This document shows, in pieces, positions 49,639-61,648 of a stretch of DNA of 64,000 nucleotides (position 1 is its first letter; every line of letters starts with the position of its first letter). A program made the translations under genes and the position numbers. The DNA comes from Eukaryota sp. GEM-RC1. Taxonomy: Eukaryota. A model generated the notes under the pieces. It was not told the origin of the DNA. It ran no database searches and saw nothing but the letters and a program-made list of their open reading frames with translations. The DNA lies in the NCBI GenBank assembly GCA_040285855.1, contig JAUFOQ010000003.1:62001-126000 (forward strand), read 5' to 3'.

Positions 49639-50760
49639 ATAGTCCTTTGGATTACTATAAAAATTGAATTCAATGGATTAATGTAATTTTGATAGGATTC
49701 ACTTCACTCCAAGGATGTTAAAAAATATACTTAAATAAATATAATATTGTGTGGGTTTACAGTAAATATATTGATATTTTCAAATTTGACAATAAATAAA
49801 TATCTCTGATGTAACTCTTGTACTGTACTACAATGTAGTATAATGTAAAAAAAACGGGGTTTATGATCAATCAGAGAAAATATTTCTAATATAGTAATAC
49901 AGTCTGTTCTTCGTCCATTACACCCCATCTTGGAACAAATCTATAAAAAAATTTTTTAAACATACCTGTTTCACTCTCAATTTTTTTGATTGAACAAGCT
50001 AATCAATCAATCTCGATCGATGCTAAACGATAAACAGTTCAGAGATCAACTGTTGTTGTTTTATGTCAACAAAATATGGATTAAAACGGCTACAAAAAGA
50101 TGTTCAGTAAACACACAGTATGGCAGTCTGATGTTTTCAAATGATAATCATTTACAGTCTCCCTCTGAATAGTGACTTCCTGTGGCTAGTCTATACTTTA
50201 AAAAAAACTAGATTTACTGAACACTGTGTATTATTTTAACGTCAATTTTCTCTGTTCGTAGATGAGATTGGATAACTGCAGTGTCCACCAGTCCCAATTC
50301 ATTCTCATTGTACCACAAATTAGAACTGGTGACTGAGTGGCTCAGAATTGCAATGATAAGTACATGTAGATCCTCAACAGATTTTACTAATTCATCCACA
50401 ACTGCTACTATTTCTGCCAACTGTTATGGGCTAGTAGTAAAGAAGACTTCCTTCGCAAAAGGAAATGCTTTTGACAATTATGAGCTATTCGGTATAATCT
50501 ACAGTAGATTTGTTAGACATATTACATAACAAAGAAGTGTTGTCCATCCTGCATTTTTAAAAGCAAGAAAACACCTGCTGAGATAAACGCTTTTGATGAA
50601 ATCTGAAAGTTCGCTTCAAATGCTACTGCAGCGACGAGGTGAAGCTGTCAATTCTATGTCTATGTTCATGTGCTGTTATTCATATAAAATGTCTGGTATT
50701 TTACGATAAAACTGTGGTTTAACAAAGTCAAAAAAATGACGTTGACAAAATTCCTTCCTC

Positions 50761-52489
50761 ATGAACGATTCTTCTCCCGGAAACAAAATTGATCTCCATC
50801 CCAACACAATGAATGCAAACTTCATACCTCTCGTCGTCGCGTCAGATTCTGACTCAGATTCATCCAACTCTGATGATGGATCCATTCCTCAATCTTTTGG
50901 CAGCCTGAATGAGTTTGTTTCTGCTCTCTCAGTGAATAGATCACGCTCCGACCCCAACATGGAATTTGATCCTCTCAACGCCTTCTACTCCAAAGAACGA
51001 TTCTCCTCTATTCGTCGTGTTCAGTCCGAATCCTACGAATCCACCACCATTCCCATCCCTTCAAGCACTCCTTACTCCAGTTCAGAGGACATTTCAACCC
51101 CACTATCCTCCTCTGTACCAGTAACCCAACACTCATTCTCCCACTCCTTTACTTCTCCCTCTGCATCTCCTTTGGCTTCCACACCCTCCATCAACACTTC
51201 TGGCGCCAAACCTCTCCATGCCTCCCGAACTCTCTTTCTTACCTCCAACTTCTCTATGATCTCTGAATCCTTCCTCTTCTCATACCTCTCTGGATTCGGT
51301 GACATCAGATCTCTCTTCAGTGGATGTAAGGACTTCGGCTTCTGCATCGTCACCTTCTACGACCTCTCCTCTGCCATCAACGCCCACTCCCTTCTCTCAG
51401 ACAGAGCTCTCCCCCTAGATGATGGCTCCCTGTCTAACTTCTCCATTGGTGTTAAGTTCTCAGTACCTATAGATAGCCTTGTTGATAACGTCGCTCATCA
51501 CGGTACTCTAGTGGTGTTTAATCTATCGTCATCTGTATTGGACTCTGATCTCCTTTCTGTATTTGGAGCTTTTGGTCCAATCAAAGAGATTAGACAGACA
51601 CCTCATAAGAATCACCATCGATTCATTGAGTTCTTCGATATAAGACACGCTGAAGCAGCTCAAAAGGCCTTGAACAAGACTGAAATCTATGGTAGAAGAG
51701 TCAAGATTGAACCTTCTAGGCCAGGGGGTCGACGTTTCCTTCAACAACAGATGCTTTTGGACTCACAACTTAAACCTTTCTGTTCTCAGTGTGATGATTG
51801 TACGAGTCAGAAGTGTCTGAGACAATTGATACTATCTGCTGGGGAAAGAACTGAATCAGGGTCGAAATTACTTCCAATTGAGGAAGGTGGTGACGTTGAG
51901 TCATTGCTGGATGTTCTTGATTTCAAAAGAAGTATGAAGAATTCAAACAGGTCAAAAGCTGACGTTTTCGTCCCTAAAAAACACATCACTGACGATATTT
52001 TTGACCTTAATGTTGATAAGATTATCTCTGGAGAGGAAACCCGCTGCACTATAATGATTAGAAACATTCCTAATAAGTACCAATCCCCAATGCTTCTGAA
52101 CTCAATCAATAACAATCACTCTGGAACCTTCAACTTCTTTTATCTTCCAATCGACTTCAAAAACTTATGTAATTATGGCTATGCATTTATTAATTTCCGC
52201 CATCCAAGTCATATTATTTCCTTCTTTAAAGAGTTTAATGGAAAAGATGGGAACATTTCAATTCAACCAAGCTGTGTGAGCTGAAGTTTGCTAGACTTCA
52301 AGGATTAGATAATCTTTTGTTCACTTTAAGAAGAGCTCATTGTTGTCAGAATCAAATAAGTATAGGCCTATTGTGATTGATTTTTCAGGTCTTGATGGAC
52401 AACCGATTACAGTTCCATTATCTCCTTCTTTTGACTCTCTTAATGATGTTGTTAGAGTTGCTGAAGAGAAACGACGACAACAGAGTTAA
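50761..52489 (+). CDS. Mei2-like three-RRM RNA-binding protein; two homopolymer frameshifts near the 3' end
   Basis: SRTLF (RRM1); GTLVVFNL...KEIRQTPHKNHHRFIEFFDIR...IEPSRPGG (RRM2); RCTIMIRNIPNKY...FFYLPIDFKNLCNYGYAFINF continuing (R)WEHFNSTKLCELKFARLQG (RRM3). Confidence 0.92.
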
Positions 52490-52654
52490 ATTTTGAATTT
52501 TTGACTTCTGCGATTTATTTATTTTGTGTTTATAAATTTTTTAAAAAACTTTCTTCATTAATGTGATTTTATGGTCAAAAATGGGCAAAAAGATTAACAA
52601 ATCGATGATGAAGATCTAACAAAGTACCATCGGTGGTTTTAAATACAAAGAACT

Positions 52655-53023
52655 CTAGACAGTTTCAGAAACCTGAACAGGGTCACTTATAACACTAATA
52701 TAGGATTCTATAAAGTCAGAGTGAATCTTGACTAAATCCATGTCAGTTTCTTTGGCAAAAGGAACAACATCTTGTATTGAAGTAAGGGACGAATCATCCT
52801 GGATGACTCCTGTGAAGTCTGCAAGACGACCAATAAGATCTTGTAGTTTAGATGTCTGTCCAGAAGGCACCATTATAAACTTCTGTTCATTGCCAGGAAT
52901 AAGAACTTGAAGAGCTTCACGGCCCATATGAGGAGTAACCTTTTCAATCTTGGCCGTTAGTAGGACCTGCTGTCCCATTTTAGAAGACCATGTAGAGGCA
53001 GAGACAGGTAAGGGCAGAGACAT
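52655..53023 (-). CDS. Replication protein A 14-kDa subunit (RPA3)-like OB-fold protein
   Basis: 122 aa; PVSASTWSSKMGQQVLLTAKI...ADFTGVIQDDSSL...FAKETDMDL parallels the RPA3 pattern. Confidence 0.55.
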   Translation of the reverse strand: MSLPLPVSASTWSSKMGQQVLLTAKIEKVTPHMGREALQVLIPGNEQKFIMVPSGQTSKLQDLIGRLADFTGVIQDDSSLTSIQDVVPFAKETDMDLVKIHSDFIESYISVISDPVQVSETV

Positions 53024-53077
53024 TGAAACAAATGATTTGCACCGAGACTGAGATTTTTCTGTCATCTCGCAAACCCA

Positions 53078-55864
53078 ATGCTTACACCACAAGAACTTCA
53101 TTCAATACATTCAAAACCTCATCTCATTAGAAACTTCTGTATCTTGTCTCATGTGGACCATGGAAAATCTTCTCTCGCAGACTCTCTTCTGTCCTCTAAT
53201 GCAGTTATTTCTCCTTCTTCTGCTGGAATGATGAGATTTCTTGACAATAGAGCAGATGAGCAAGCCCGTGGAATTACAATGAAGGCTTCTGCTCACGCCC
53301 TAGCTGCTGTACATGACAACAAGCCCTACGGAATAATGCTTGTTGACACTCCTGGTCACGTTGACTTCACCACTGAGGTCAACGCTGCTTCTACAATGAG
53401 TGATGGAGCTCTTATAGTAGTTGACGCCGTTGAAGGAATGTGTGCTCAAACTTTCACTGTCCTTCGTATTGCACTGGAACACCAACTTACACCAATCCTA
53501 GTCATTAACAAGATTGACCGGTTAATTACTGAGTTGAAAGAATCTGTCTCAACCGCCTATCTTAGACTTCGAAATTTGATTGAGCAAGTTAACGTGACAG
53601 TTGCCTCTTTGCTATCGGAAAGTGCTTTTTCCGAGGTAGCCAGTAGGTTTGCAGCTAAGTCTGACCTCGACGATTCAGACTTTTGTATTGATTTTGACAA
53701 GTTAGAAATTGAGGGACAAAAGATTTTCTTTCATCCTTTAAAGGGAAATGTTGTGTTCTCTTCAGCAGTTGATAGATTTGCTTTCACCCCTTTAGATTTT
53801 ATCGAGTTTTATCATTTAAAACTGGGTTTTAGTAGGAAAGTTCTAAGTAAAGTACTTTGGGGGGATTATTATATTGAAAAAGGCGGCAAGTCAGTCACGT
53901 CATCGGTCAAAAATGCCACGTCGGTAGTTCCGTTGTTCTGCAGGCTGATTTTGGATCCTATTTGGAAAGTTTATTCTTGTTTGTATTTGTCTCCGAATAA
54001 GGAAAGGGCAATTAAACTTTTAGAAACTTTAAATATTTCATATACACCCCGTGAGTTAAGGTTTAATTCTGACCACAAAATTCAAAATTTACGTCAAATC
54101 ATGTCAATTTGGCTCCCTCTTGGCAAGTGTCTGTTAAGTCAAATAATCAAACACGTGCCCAGTCCCTCTGATTGTTCGACACGTAGACTTTTGACCTTAC
54201 TTCCAGGTACTTCTTCATTTTTCAACAATTACTTCTCCACTGATTTAATTGAATTGCCTTTATTTGCTGTAATCACTAAGGTATTTATCATTGGTAGGGA
54301 TGTCCAATCAGCTTCAATTGAATCTAGTGAAGCCTTTGAAAGTGAAACCCCGTTCCTTGCTCTTTCCAGAATCTGGAGTGGATCAATCAGAAAAGGTCAA
54401 AAGGTCTCAGTCAGACAATCAAAAACTGATGATCAAGTCACGTCATTGATTACAGCTGTTTATCTTCCTTTAGGAAACAGATTTGTTGAAGTTTCTGTTG
54501 GTGGTCCTGGATCTATTGTAGCTTTGAAGGGTTGTGAAGGTTGTTTCTTTAAGGGAGCAACCTTAACAAGTGCTGATGTAGGAGAATTTGAAGAGTTGAA
54601 GTCTCTATCTTTTAAAATTTCTGATGATATTTTCCCAATTGTGAAGGTCGAAGTTTCTCCACTCAACGCACCTATTGGATCCAAATTCCTGAGAGCCTTG
54701 ACTTGGCTTGACCAATCAGATCCCTCCTGCCAAGTTGGGCAATTACAGTCTGGTGGTCACTTTATTGCTGGTTGTGGTGATATACATATTCAACAGTGCG
54801 TTGAGGTTCTTGAAAGGTGGTCTGATCATCAGATTCAAATGTCTGAGCCATTGTTTTCACTTGCGGAAAGTGTTAATTTACAGAGGTTTCAGTCTGCGAA
54901 AGTCCACGTTATTGATTTTGATTCGTTTTCAATCAATTGTCGGTGTTATGGTCTTCCATCAGAACTTGCCAATTGGATCACGTCTCATAATCATTTGATT
55001 CAATTGGCAGTCAAAGGAGATGTTGAAGCTAAGAGCAGTGTTTTGACAAAATTTAAAAATTTCAGTCCTCGCACCGCTTTTCTTGCTGATAAAGTTATTG
55101 CATTTGGTCCAAAATCTTTTGGTAGTTGCATTTTAATTAACAATCTAAAAGATTTCTTCGAGTGTGCGCCATCTATTCTAACAGAAACTTCCTCTTTCGA
55201 TCGATCAAATCAGTCGAATCAATCTATCAACGTCCAATCAATTTTCGGTTATATTCAGTCCGCTTTCCAACTTTTCACTTCTTCAGGTCCTTTATGTGCT
55301 GAATCTTTATTTGGAGTGGTCGTTATGATTGATTCAATCACGTTAACTCAAAATTTAAATGAACAAGGATTTCCAAATACGTCAACATTTATTCCAAAAA
55401 TTAAGGATGGTTTTAAATCTGCTTTTCTCTCTTCGCATCCTAGAATTGCTGAAGCTATTTTAAGATGTGACATTACAACAGACCAAGCTGTTCTTGCTAA
55501 CGTTTACAGTGTGTTGAATAAACACCGCGCCAAAATCTTTCTCGATGAATTAAAAGAAGGGACAAATTCCTTTGGAGTTTCGTCATACCTCCCTCTTTCT
55601 TCCTCCTATAGATTCCCTGATCAACTACGATCTTCTTCCAGTGGTCTAGCTTCTGCTCAACTCACCTTCAGCCACTGGGAGTTCATTGACAGTGACCCAT
55701 TCCACGTGGTCAAGGAAGAAGAACTAGAAGAGTTTGGAGATAAAGGTCAATTAGCTCCAAATAGAGCCCGAGAGTTAATGAATGTTTTAAGGAGAAGGAA
55801 GGGACTATTAGTAGATGATGATTTAGTTCTCGCAGCTGAGAAACAACGGACTTTGAAAAAGTAG
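53078..55864 (+). CDS. EFL1: Elongation factor-like GTPase 1 (EFL1/Ria1)
   Basis: IRNFCILSHVDHGKSSL, DEQARGITMK, DTPGHVDF and NKID motifs; EFL1-type C-terminus DPF..EEELEEFG..NRARELMN..RRRKGL..AEKQRTL. Confidence 0.93.
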   Translation: MLTPQELHSIHSKPHLIRNFCILSHVDHGKSSLADSLLSSNAVISPSSAGMMRFLDNRADEQARGITMKASAHALAAVHDNKPYGIMLVDTPGHVDFTTEVNAASTMSDGALIVVDAVEGMCAQTFTVLRIALEHQLTPILVINKIDRLITELKESVSTAYLRLRNLIEQVNVTVASLLSESAFSEVASRFAAKSDLDDSDFCIDFDKLEIEGQKIFFHPLKGNVVFSSAVDRFAFTPLDFIEFYHLKLGFSRKVLSKVLWGDYYIEKGGKSVTSSVKNATSVVPLFCRLILDPIWKVYSCLYLSPNKERAIKLLETLNISYTPRELRFNSDHKIQNLRQIMSIWLPLGKCLLSQIIKHVPSPSDCSTRRLLTLLPGTSSFFNNYFSTDLIELPLFAVITKVFIIGRDVQSASIESSEAFESETPFLALSRIWSGSIRKGQKVSVRQSKTDDQVTSLITAVYLPLGNRFVEVSVGGPGSIVALKGCEGCFFKGATLTSADVGEFEELKSLSFKISDDIFPIVKVEVSPLNAPIGSKFLRALTWLDQSDPSCQVGQLQSGGHFIAGCGDIHIQQCVEVLERWSDHQIQMSEPLFSLAESVNLQRFQSAKVHVIDFDSFSINCRCYGLPSELANWITSHNHLIQLAVKGDVEAKSSVLTKFKNFSPRTAFLADKVIAFGPKSFGSCILINNLKDFFECAPSILTETSSFDRSNQSNQSINVQSIFGYIQSAFQLFTSSGPLCAESLFGVVVMIDSITLTQNLNEQGFPNTSTFIPKIKDGFKSAFLSSHPRIAEAILRCDITTDQAVLANVYSVLNKHRAKIFLDELKEGTNSFGVSSYLPLSSSYRFPDQLRSSSSGLASAQLTFSHWEFIDSDPFHVVKEEELEEFGDKGQLAPNRARELMNVLRRRKGLLVDDDLVLAAEKQRTLKK

Positions 55865-55901
55865 TAGTTAAATTAAATAATTTAGTAGATTTTGTTAGTT
55901 T

Positions 55902-58900
55902 TTATATTATTGAGTAATGTTTGCTTAGGAATTCCAATTCTTCAATCATTTTGTCCACGTGGAATAAATTTTCCAAGGATTTCATACACGTTTCTCCATG
56001 TTTTTCTTTAAAACTTTCATTTTTGCCTATCAGTTTGGATACTCTTTTTTGGTACTTTTCAACAGAAAGTTCATGATCTGAGGAACCTTCAAAAGTAAAA
56101 TGAGAAGAATCTTGGTTTTTCAAACAAGAATTAATTAGAGAATCAACAGGTTCAAAAAAATGATAGGTTTCTAAAGTTTCAGAATTTCTACTATCAAAAG
56201 ATGAGCGACATCTGTCATAAATTAACCCAAAACTAGGAGCAAATTTTAAAAAGGACGGTAAAGTTGGCATAGTAGCGATTCAATCTGATCACGAACGCCA
56301 TAATTATTTAAAACTTTAAATATTTCATGCAATTCATATCTGGAAGTACGTTGTTTGGCCATAATAGAAGCCAAAGAAAACTCGTCATGGTGATACCTAA
56401 ACAACAACATATCCGTAGAAGAATCAGAATTAATAATAACAGGGGAAACTCCAGTTAAAGTAAAGCAATCAACCTCTTTTCTGTAGGTAAGCATAGGTGA
56501 TTCTCGACCCATAGCAGGCGTTACGTGATCAGACACGTCATCAAGAGAGCTCACAGACGAACCTTCCATTTTCGGCGAACTAGAATACTGTATTGATTTG
56601 AATGAGTTCTCTTCACTAGAAAAAGGTGATAAAAATGAATTTGGAGTATCGTAAAAGGTTTCGTTTAACTGGCTATCAGGGGAATTAACTAGAACTGGGC
56701 TCGAACCAGAGACAAATAAGGGATCGTGACCTGGACTGGAAAGCTCTTGACCAGCTGCTGTAAGTAGAGAGTCTTGGTAGGAGGAAACTGAAAAGAAGGA
56801 GAAAGAAGACGAAATTTTAAATATTGGAAGAACATTGGTTTTGATAGGACACGTGCACCAGAGACTATTAAATCATGTTGAATATTTGAAATATTTGATA
56901 TTTTAATACCATTGGACTGACTGACATAGAGTAATGATTCCAAAAACGAAAATCGTGTTGTTGCAATATGTTCAGAACGTATTAAATCACAGTAAATTCG
57001 GTCACAAGTCAACTGGATTCTTGAAGAAAAGATCGAAATGAAACGTGATATGATTGATGAAGCACTTTTCTTCTTTTTTGAAAAAAATGAACTCTTTTGT
57101 AGTTTTGATTTGAAAACTTTTGTCAAGAATTTTTCCAAAACAACTGGTAATTCAAAAATTGAATATTTTCCTCATTTGTTAATTCCAAAAGAACCGGATC
57201 AGAACCCAACGGCAACGTTAAAGTCTGTTCATTGCTAGGAACAACACAGAAATCACACTTATTATTCTTACAAAACTTAAGTACAATTCCAGTTGAAAAC
57301 GTTGGTTTTGGACTTCGAGGTGAAACAAACTCAATTGGAGAATTAATGCTGATTAAATCTAAACTTCGTCTAGAAACAGGAGTTTTTAAAGGGGATGATC
57401 TTGGGGAAAACGCTGTCAGAAAAGATTCTTGTGATTTCAGTGACATTGTGTCTGAAAAATCACAAAGTTTTGAATAATCTGAATTATTTTCAGAAATGTG
57501 AAATTCACGACCAACTGTGTCTAATGAAGGTATAGAGAATATGACAGAATCAAAAGATTTCTCAGGAAATGAAAAACCATTCAAGACCAATGGGAAATAA
57601 TAAAGACACGCAGCAAAATCATCAATCAATTCTGATTGATTTGTTGACAATAGATGCTGATCTAGGGCCTGAAGCACATTAATGAAAGTGAAATCAAAAA
57701 TTAGTTGAGTTACTACCATTGAGTCAAAAAAGAAGGCTTGCGAGAAATGAAATTTTTTAAAAAATTAAACAATGAACCATCAACAACAGGCGAATGAAAA
57801 CAAATAAAATGAATCACTTTTGCTAAATCTTTGGTTGAAGACAGTTTACAAGAAGCATTTAAAAAGGCTTCTAAATTGAAATCTACTGAGGATAAAGTAA
57901 ATTGTTCAACGTAAATAACTAAAGAAGGATCAATAAAGCCTTGAAGAACAATAGGAGCGGTACTGAATAAATCTAAATCATCTGAGCAATCAAATTTGAT
58001 AGCATCGAGATGGAATTTTGAATCATCAGAACAAGATTCGGTAGTAAACGGACAAGAAACGTGATTCAGGTCAAAAACAGGTCTACATACACAAGGATCA
58101 ATCAAACTGATTGATTGACCGGGAACAATCAACCCAATCAAATGGTTCTTTAACATCACGAAGTAAGGCTGACTGGTAACGTTCGTGATATCATGAGAGA
58201 TAACACTGGTCGCTGCAGGAGAGAAAACAAAAGACTGAAAATTAGAAACACCACCAGGACTACGACTGGTACGATAAACAAGGGTGAATACAAAAGAAAA
58301 AGGTAGACATGAGGATAACAATGAGTTGAATTGGTATGAATGGAATCTGAAGACTTGAGCACATCCATAATGAGCAAGTGGTGGAGAGTAAAAAACTGGC
58401 AAAATATCACGTGGATGATTGACTGGCACATCCAAAAACGGCAACTCACTCGGTATCTCCTGCACAAACAATATCTTTGGTTCCACTTGATCCAACCTCA
58501 ACATCACCATACCCCTTACTCTCTTCTCAGAGTTCTCATTCCTAATAATCAAGGCAGCATCAATAAAAGGACAGTCACTTACAGAGGGAAGTAGGGAGAA
58601 CCATTCAATTACAGGCATTGAGTCGTTTTCAGAGAAAGAAAAGAGAGCAGAAAGGGAGTTAGTTACCATTTTAGGAAGGTCAGAAAGGTAACGTGCCATT
58701 GATAGGGTTTCCGTTGACTTCTTGGGAGAGGTTTTACACGTGGCAGTAACAAATCGTGCCATTTTGACCCCGGTCAGAATGAAACGTGATTTGACCACAC
58801 CCCCAGAAGAAGTTGTTGTAGGTAGAAAGACAACTGAAATGAAAGGGAATGATATGGAAGTTGCTGATGAAGATCGAAAGGGAAGAACAACAGCGCTAGG

Positions 58901-59372
58901 GGAGCAGATTAGTTTCAGCAAGAAAAGCATCATAACCAACGGAATCAGACGAAACAGGGAAGGCGATGGTGAAGGCAAGTAAATCAAGTTGGGGAGAAAC
59001 AGAAGAACTGACGATGAAAGAAAGACCCTTGTGTAGAAAGAGAGTTTTGATGATTCTTAATGGTTTCTTTGTCACTGCTTGAGCTAATTGTACACAAGTG
59101 TAGTGATCGCCTCCTTGAGAAAGAACTCTCGTGATTATGACTGCGTTAGGAATACAGCCAATGACACGTGGGATTGATATAGAACTTCTCCAGTCGTCAG
59201 GTGTGAGAGAAACACGATCAAAGAAGACATTCCGGCAGGTTTGGTCATACAGTGATTTCTTGAGAAAAGGTTGCGCATGAAATTCATTACGTTGTATAGC
59301 ACATTGTTGAAGAGAAAAGTCCACAGAAGAAGAAATAGTAGAAAGATTGACATAAGGAGTGACATCGATCAT
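55902..59372 (-). CDS. Large protein split into about six ORFs by frameshifts; possibly GSAP/pigeon-like
   Basis: Consecutive overlapping or adjacent same-strand ORFs fill the gap between EFL1 and eIF4B. N-terminal SSSVSPQLDLLAFT...YDAFLAE...ISVVFLP resembles the GSAP N-terminus (by eye only). Confidence 0.45.
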
Positions 59373-59501
59373 CTTCTGGATACTATCAATAGAGTGTTGA
59401 AGTCTCTATTAGACAACTTCTAGCGAAAGAAAATTGATGATGTTCTAAGTGAAGATGAACTGAGACAAATTTAGTTGAAGTCTCACTTTTATCTACTTCA
59501 A

Positions 59502-60956
59502 ATGCCTCCTAAAGGAAAAAAACCTAAATTCGTTCCTCTCACAGAAGATTGGGGTACACTAGATGAAACAGACACTACCGGAACCGGTCTCGACATGTCT
59601 TTCAGCTTAACATTAGCTCCTGCTGTGGAGGCTGTCACGCAAGGAAGACCCACTGTTACACCTCCAATGCGACGGGGTGGTCAACCTCAACGTCAACGTT
59701 ACCCAGGTAGCTACTCAGGAGGTCACTCAGGCGCTGTTAGACAACCTCCTGTTGCCGCTGGTCGTCCACATGATGAATCATATGTACTTCCTACACAAGC
59801 TCCTTTCATTGCTAAAATCATCAACGCTGCATACAGTGTAACAGAAGACGACCTTATGCGGGCTCTCTCATCTCTTCCTGTTAAAGACATTAAACCCTTC
59901 GGCCATAAGGGTGGTAATTTCCTTGTCGAATTCCAAGACGTCCAAGGACTGAAGCAATGCCTAGACAAGTACTGGGGTTTTGAAATCAAGGGTCGCCCAA
60001 TCAAAACCTTCGTAGCCGAGCCTAGGAATTCTGCCACGGATGCTAGCAACTGGCGTGGAGCAACAGAACCATCTGCTATTGGTGGTATGTTTGAACAAGA
60101 ACCAAATGAGAGACGTCAACATCGTGGTCCTCCTCAACGTGGTTTCCGAGGGGATCGTGATTCCTTCCGTAATGAGCGTGGTGAGCGTGATTCTCACCGA
60201 GAAGATCGTCCTCAACGAGACTCCAAACCTCCTGGTTTTGATCCCAACGTACTTTCTGCCTGGAGAGGATCTACTGTCCCATCATCTATTGAAATTGAGG
60301 TTAAACCAGAGCAAGAGAGACGTCCACAACGTGTTCCTCGTCGCCGTAGTCCTCATAAAGAAGACACTGTTCCCAAAGAAGAAAGAGCTCCTCGTGAACC
60401 CACTGTCCCTGACAAAATTGATAACTGGAGAGGATCTACTGTCGCTTCATCTCTGGATATGACCATGACTAGTAGGAAGGATGTTGTTATCAAGAAATCT
60501 AGGGTGGATGTTTCAGATTTTGATACTATTAGAGCTAGCGAACCTCAGCTAGAAGAGGAACTGTTACGTGGTGACACGTCACTCTTTCCTAAACAAAGAA
60601 AGAATGATCATCGTTCCAAGCCTAGAAGGGATTCAGACCCTCGTCTCGAGATGAAAAGAGAAAAATCTCAACATCGCCGCAATTCAAGAAAAGAAGAAGT
60701 CCAAACTTCCGATCAGTGGAGATCTGAAGAAAGGATTCAAGATAAGAAGCCAAGAAGAGAAGGCCAACATCAGAGTAAACCTCGAAGAGATAAGCCTCAT
60801 CATAAGAATTCTTTTAGAGAGGCTAAGCATCACGATAAACCTCAAACAGAAGAAGTCCGTCAGCGTCAGGCACCACCTCAAAGAGAAGAGACTCCTCAGG
60901 CACCGCCTGCCAACCAAGCCAATATGTTTGCTTTGTTAAGTTCAGAAATGGCATAG
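59502..60956 (+). CDS. Translation initiation factor eIF4B-like
   Basis: MPPKGKK N-terminus; LPTQAPFIAKIINAAYSVTEDDL...VEFQD...IKGRPIKTFVAE RRM; DR-rich region, WRG repeats and C-terminal NMFALL. Confidence 0.75.
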   Translation: MPPKGKKPKFVPLTEDWGTLDETDTTGTGLDMSFSLTLAPAVEAVTQGRPTVTPPMRRGGQPQRQRYPGSYSGGHSGAVRQPPVAAGRPHDESYVLPTQAPFIAKIINAAYSVTEDDLMRALSSLPVKDIKPFGHKGGNFLVEFQDVQGLKQCLDKYWGFEIKGRPIKTFVAEPRNSATDASNWRGATEPSAIGGMFEQEPNERRQHRGPPQRGFRGDRDSFRNERGERDSHREDRPQRDSKPPGFDPNVLSAWRGSTVPSSIEIEVKPEQERRPQRVPRRRSPHKEDTVPKEERAPREPTVPDKIDNWRGSTVASSLDMTMTSRKDVVIKKSRVDVSDFDTIRASEPQLEEELLRGDTSLFPKQRKNDHRSKPRRDSDPRLEMKREKSQHRRNSRKEEVQTSDQWRSEERIQDKKPRREGQHQSKPRRDKPHHKNSFREAKHHDKPQTEEVRQRQAPPQREETPQAPPANQANMFALLSSEMA

Positions 60957-61648
60957 TTTTTTAGTATAAGTTATATAAATTTTGTTCGTGACAAATATTG
61001 TACAGAACTCCGATGCTGAGATTTACTACGTGTTCTAGATGTACTGTACTACATATTAATTTCCTATACATATGTATATATTTGTAGGAACGTATCCACT
61101 ATCAGTATTGAGTACGGCAACTTCTGCCATTTACAAACAAGTAGTCGCTTTGACAATACAAACCAACGTGCACACATAACTTCTAGATCTTTCACTCTAA
61201 TGACTGACCTGTCAGTATTTTCAATTGTAGTGTCAGTTAGTCTTCAAGATTTCTTCAAAACAAAGTATCATTCCTATATGACTATGACTTTTATATGGAG
61301 GCTTATCGTTAACATTTGGTAAATCAGGATTTTCTACCGAAATGTCCTCAAACTAATTAAGTTATGATTACCGATGACTATGATTACTGTGGTCTATCGC
61401 TCAGGAGGATATTTTTTGTTAATATATTGTTTGTATGCACTATAACAAGCACCCAACAATACATTAAAAAGGCAGTTAAACCAAACTTCACCATACCGAC
61501 AACTATAGTAGTCACCAAACAGCTTAATACTAAACTGGTACAAGTACATGTAGTAATCAAAAGGAATGTTCTCTTAAAGAAAAGACCTGGACGATCAAAC
61601 TGTCTCACCATCTCTCATCCAGTGACCTTAACTGATAGCTATCAGCTG

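Noticed and set aside
51072..60917. Many antisense or alternate-frame ORFs overlapping Mei2-like, EFL1, the large minus-strand gene and eIF4B-like
   Set aside because: Shadow ORFs of real genes with no independent motifs.
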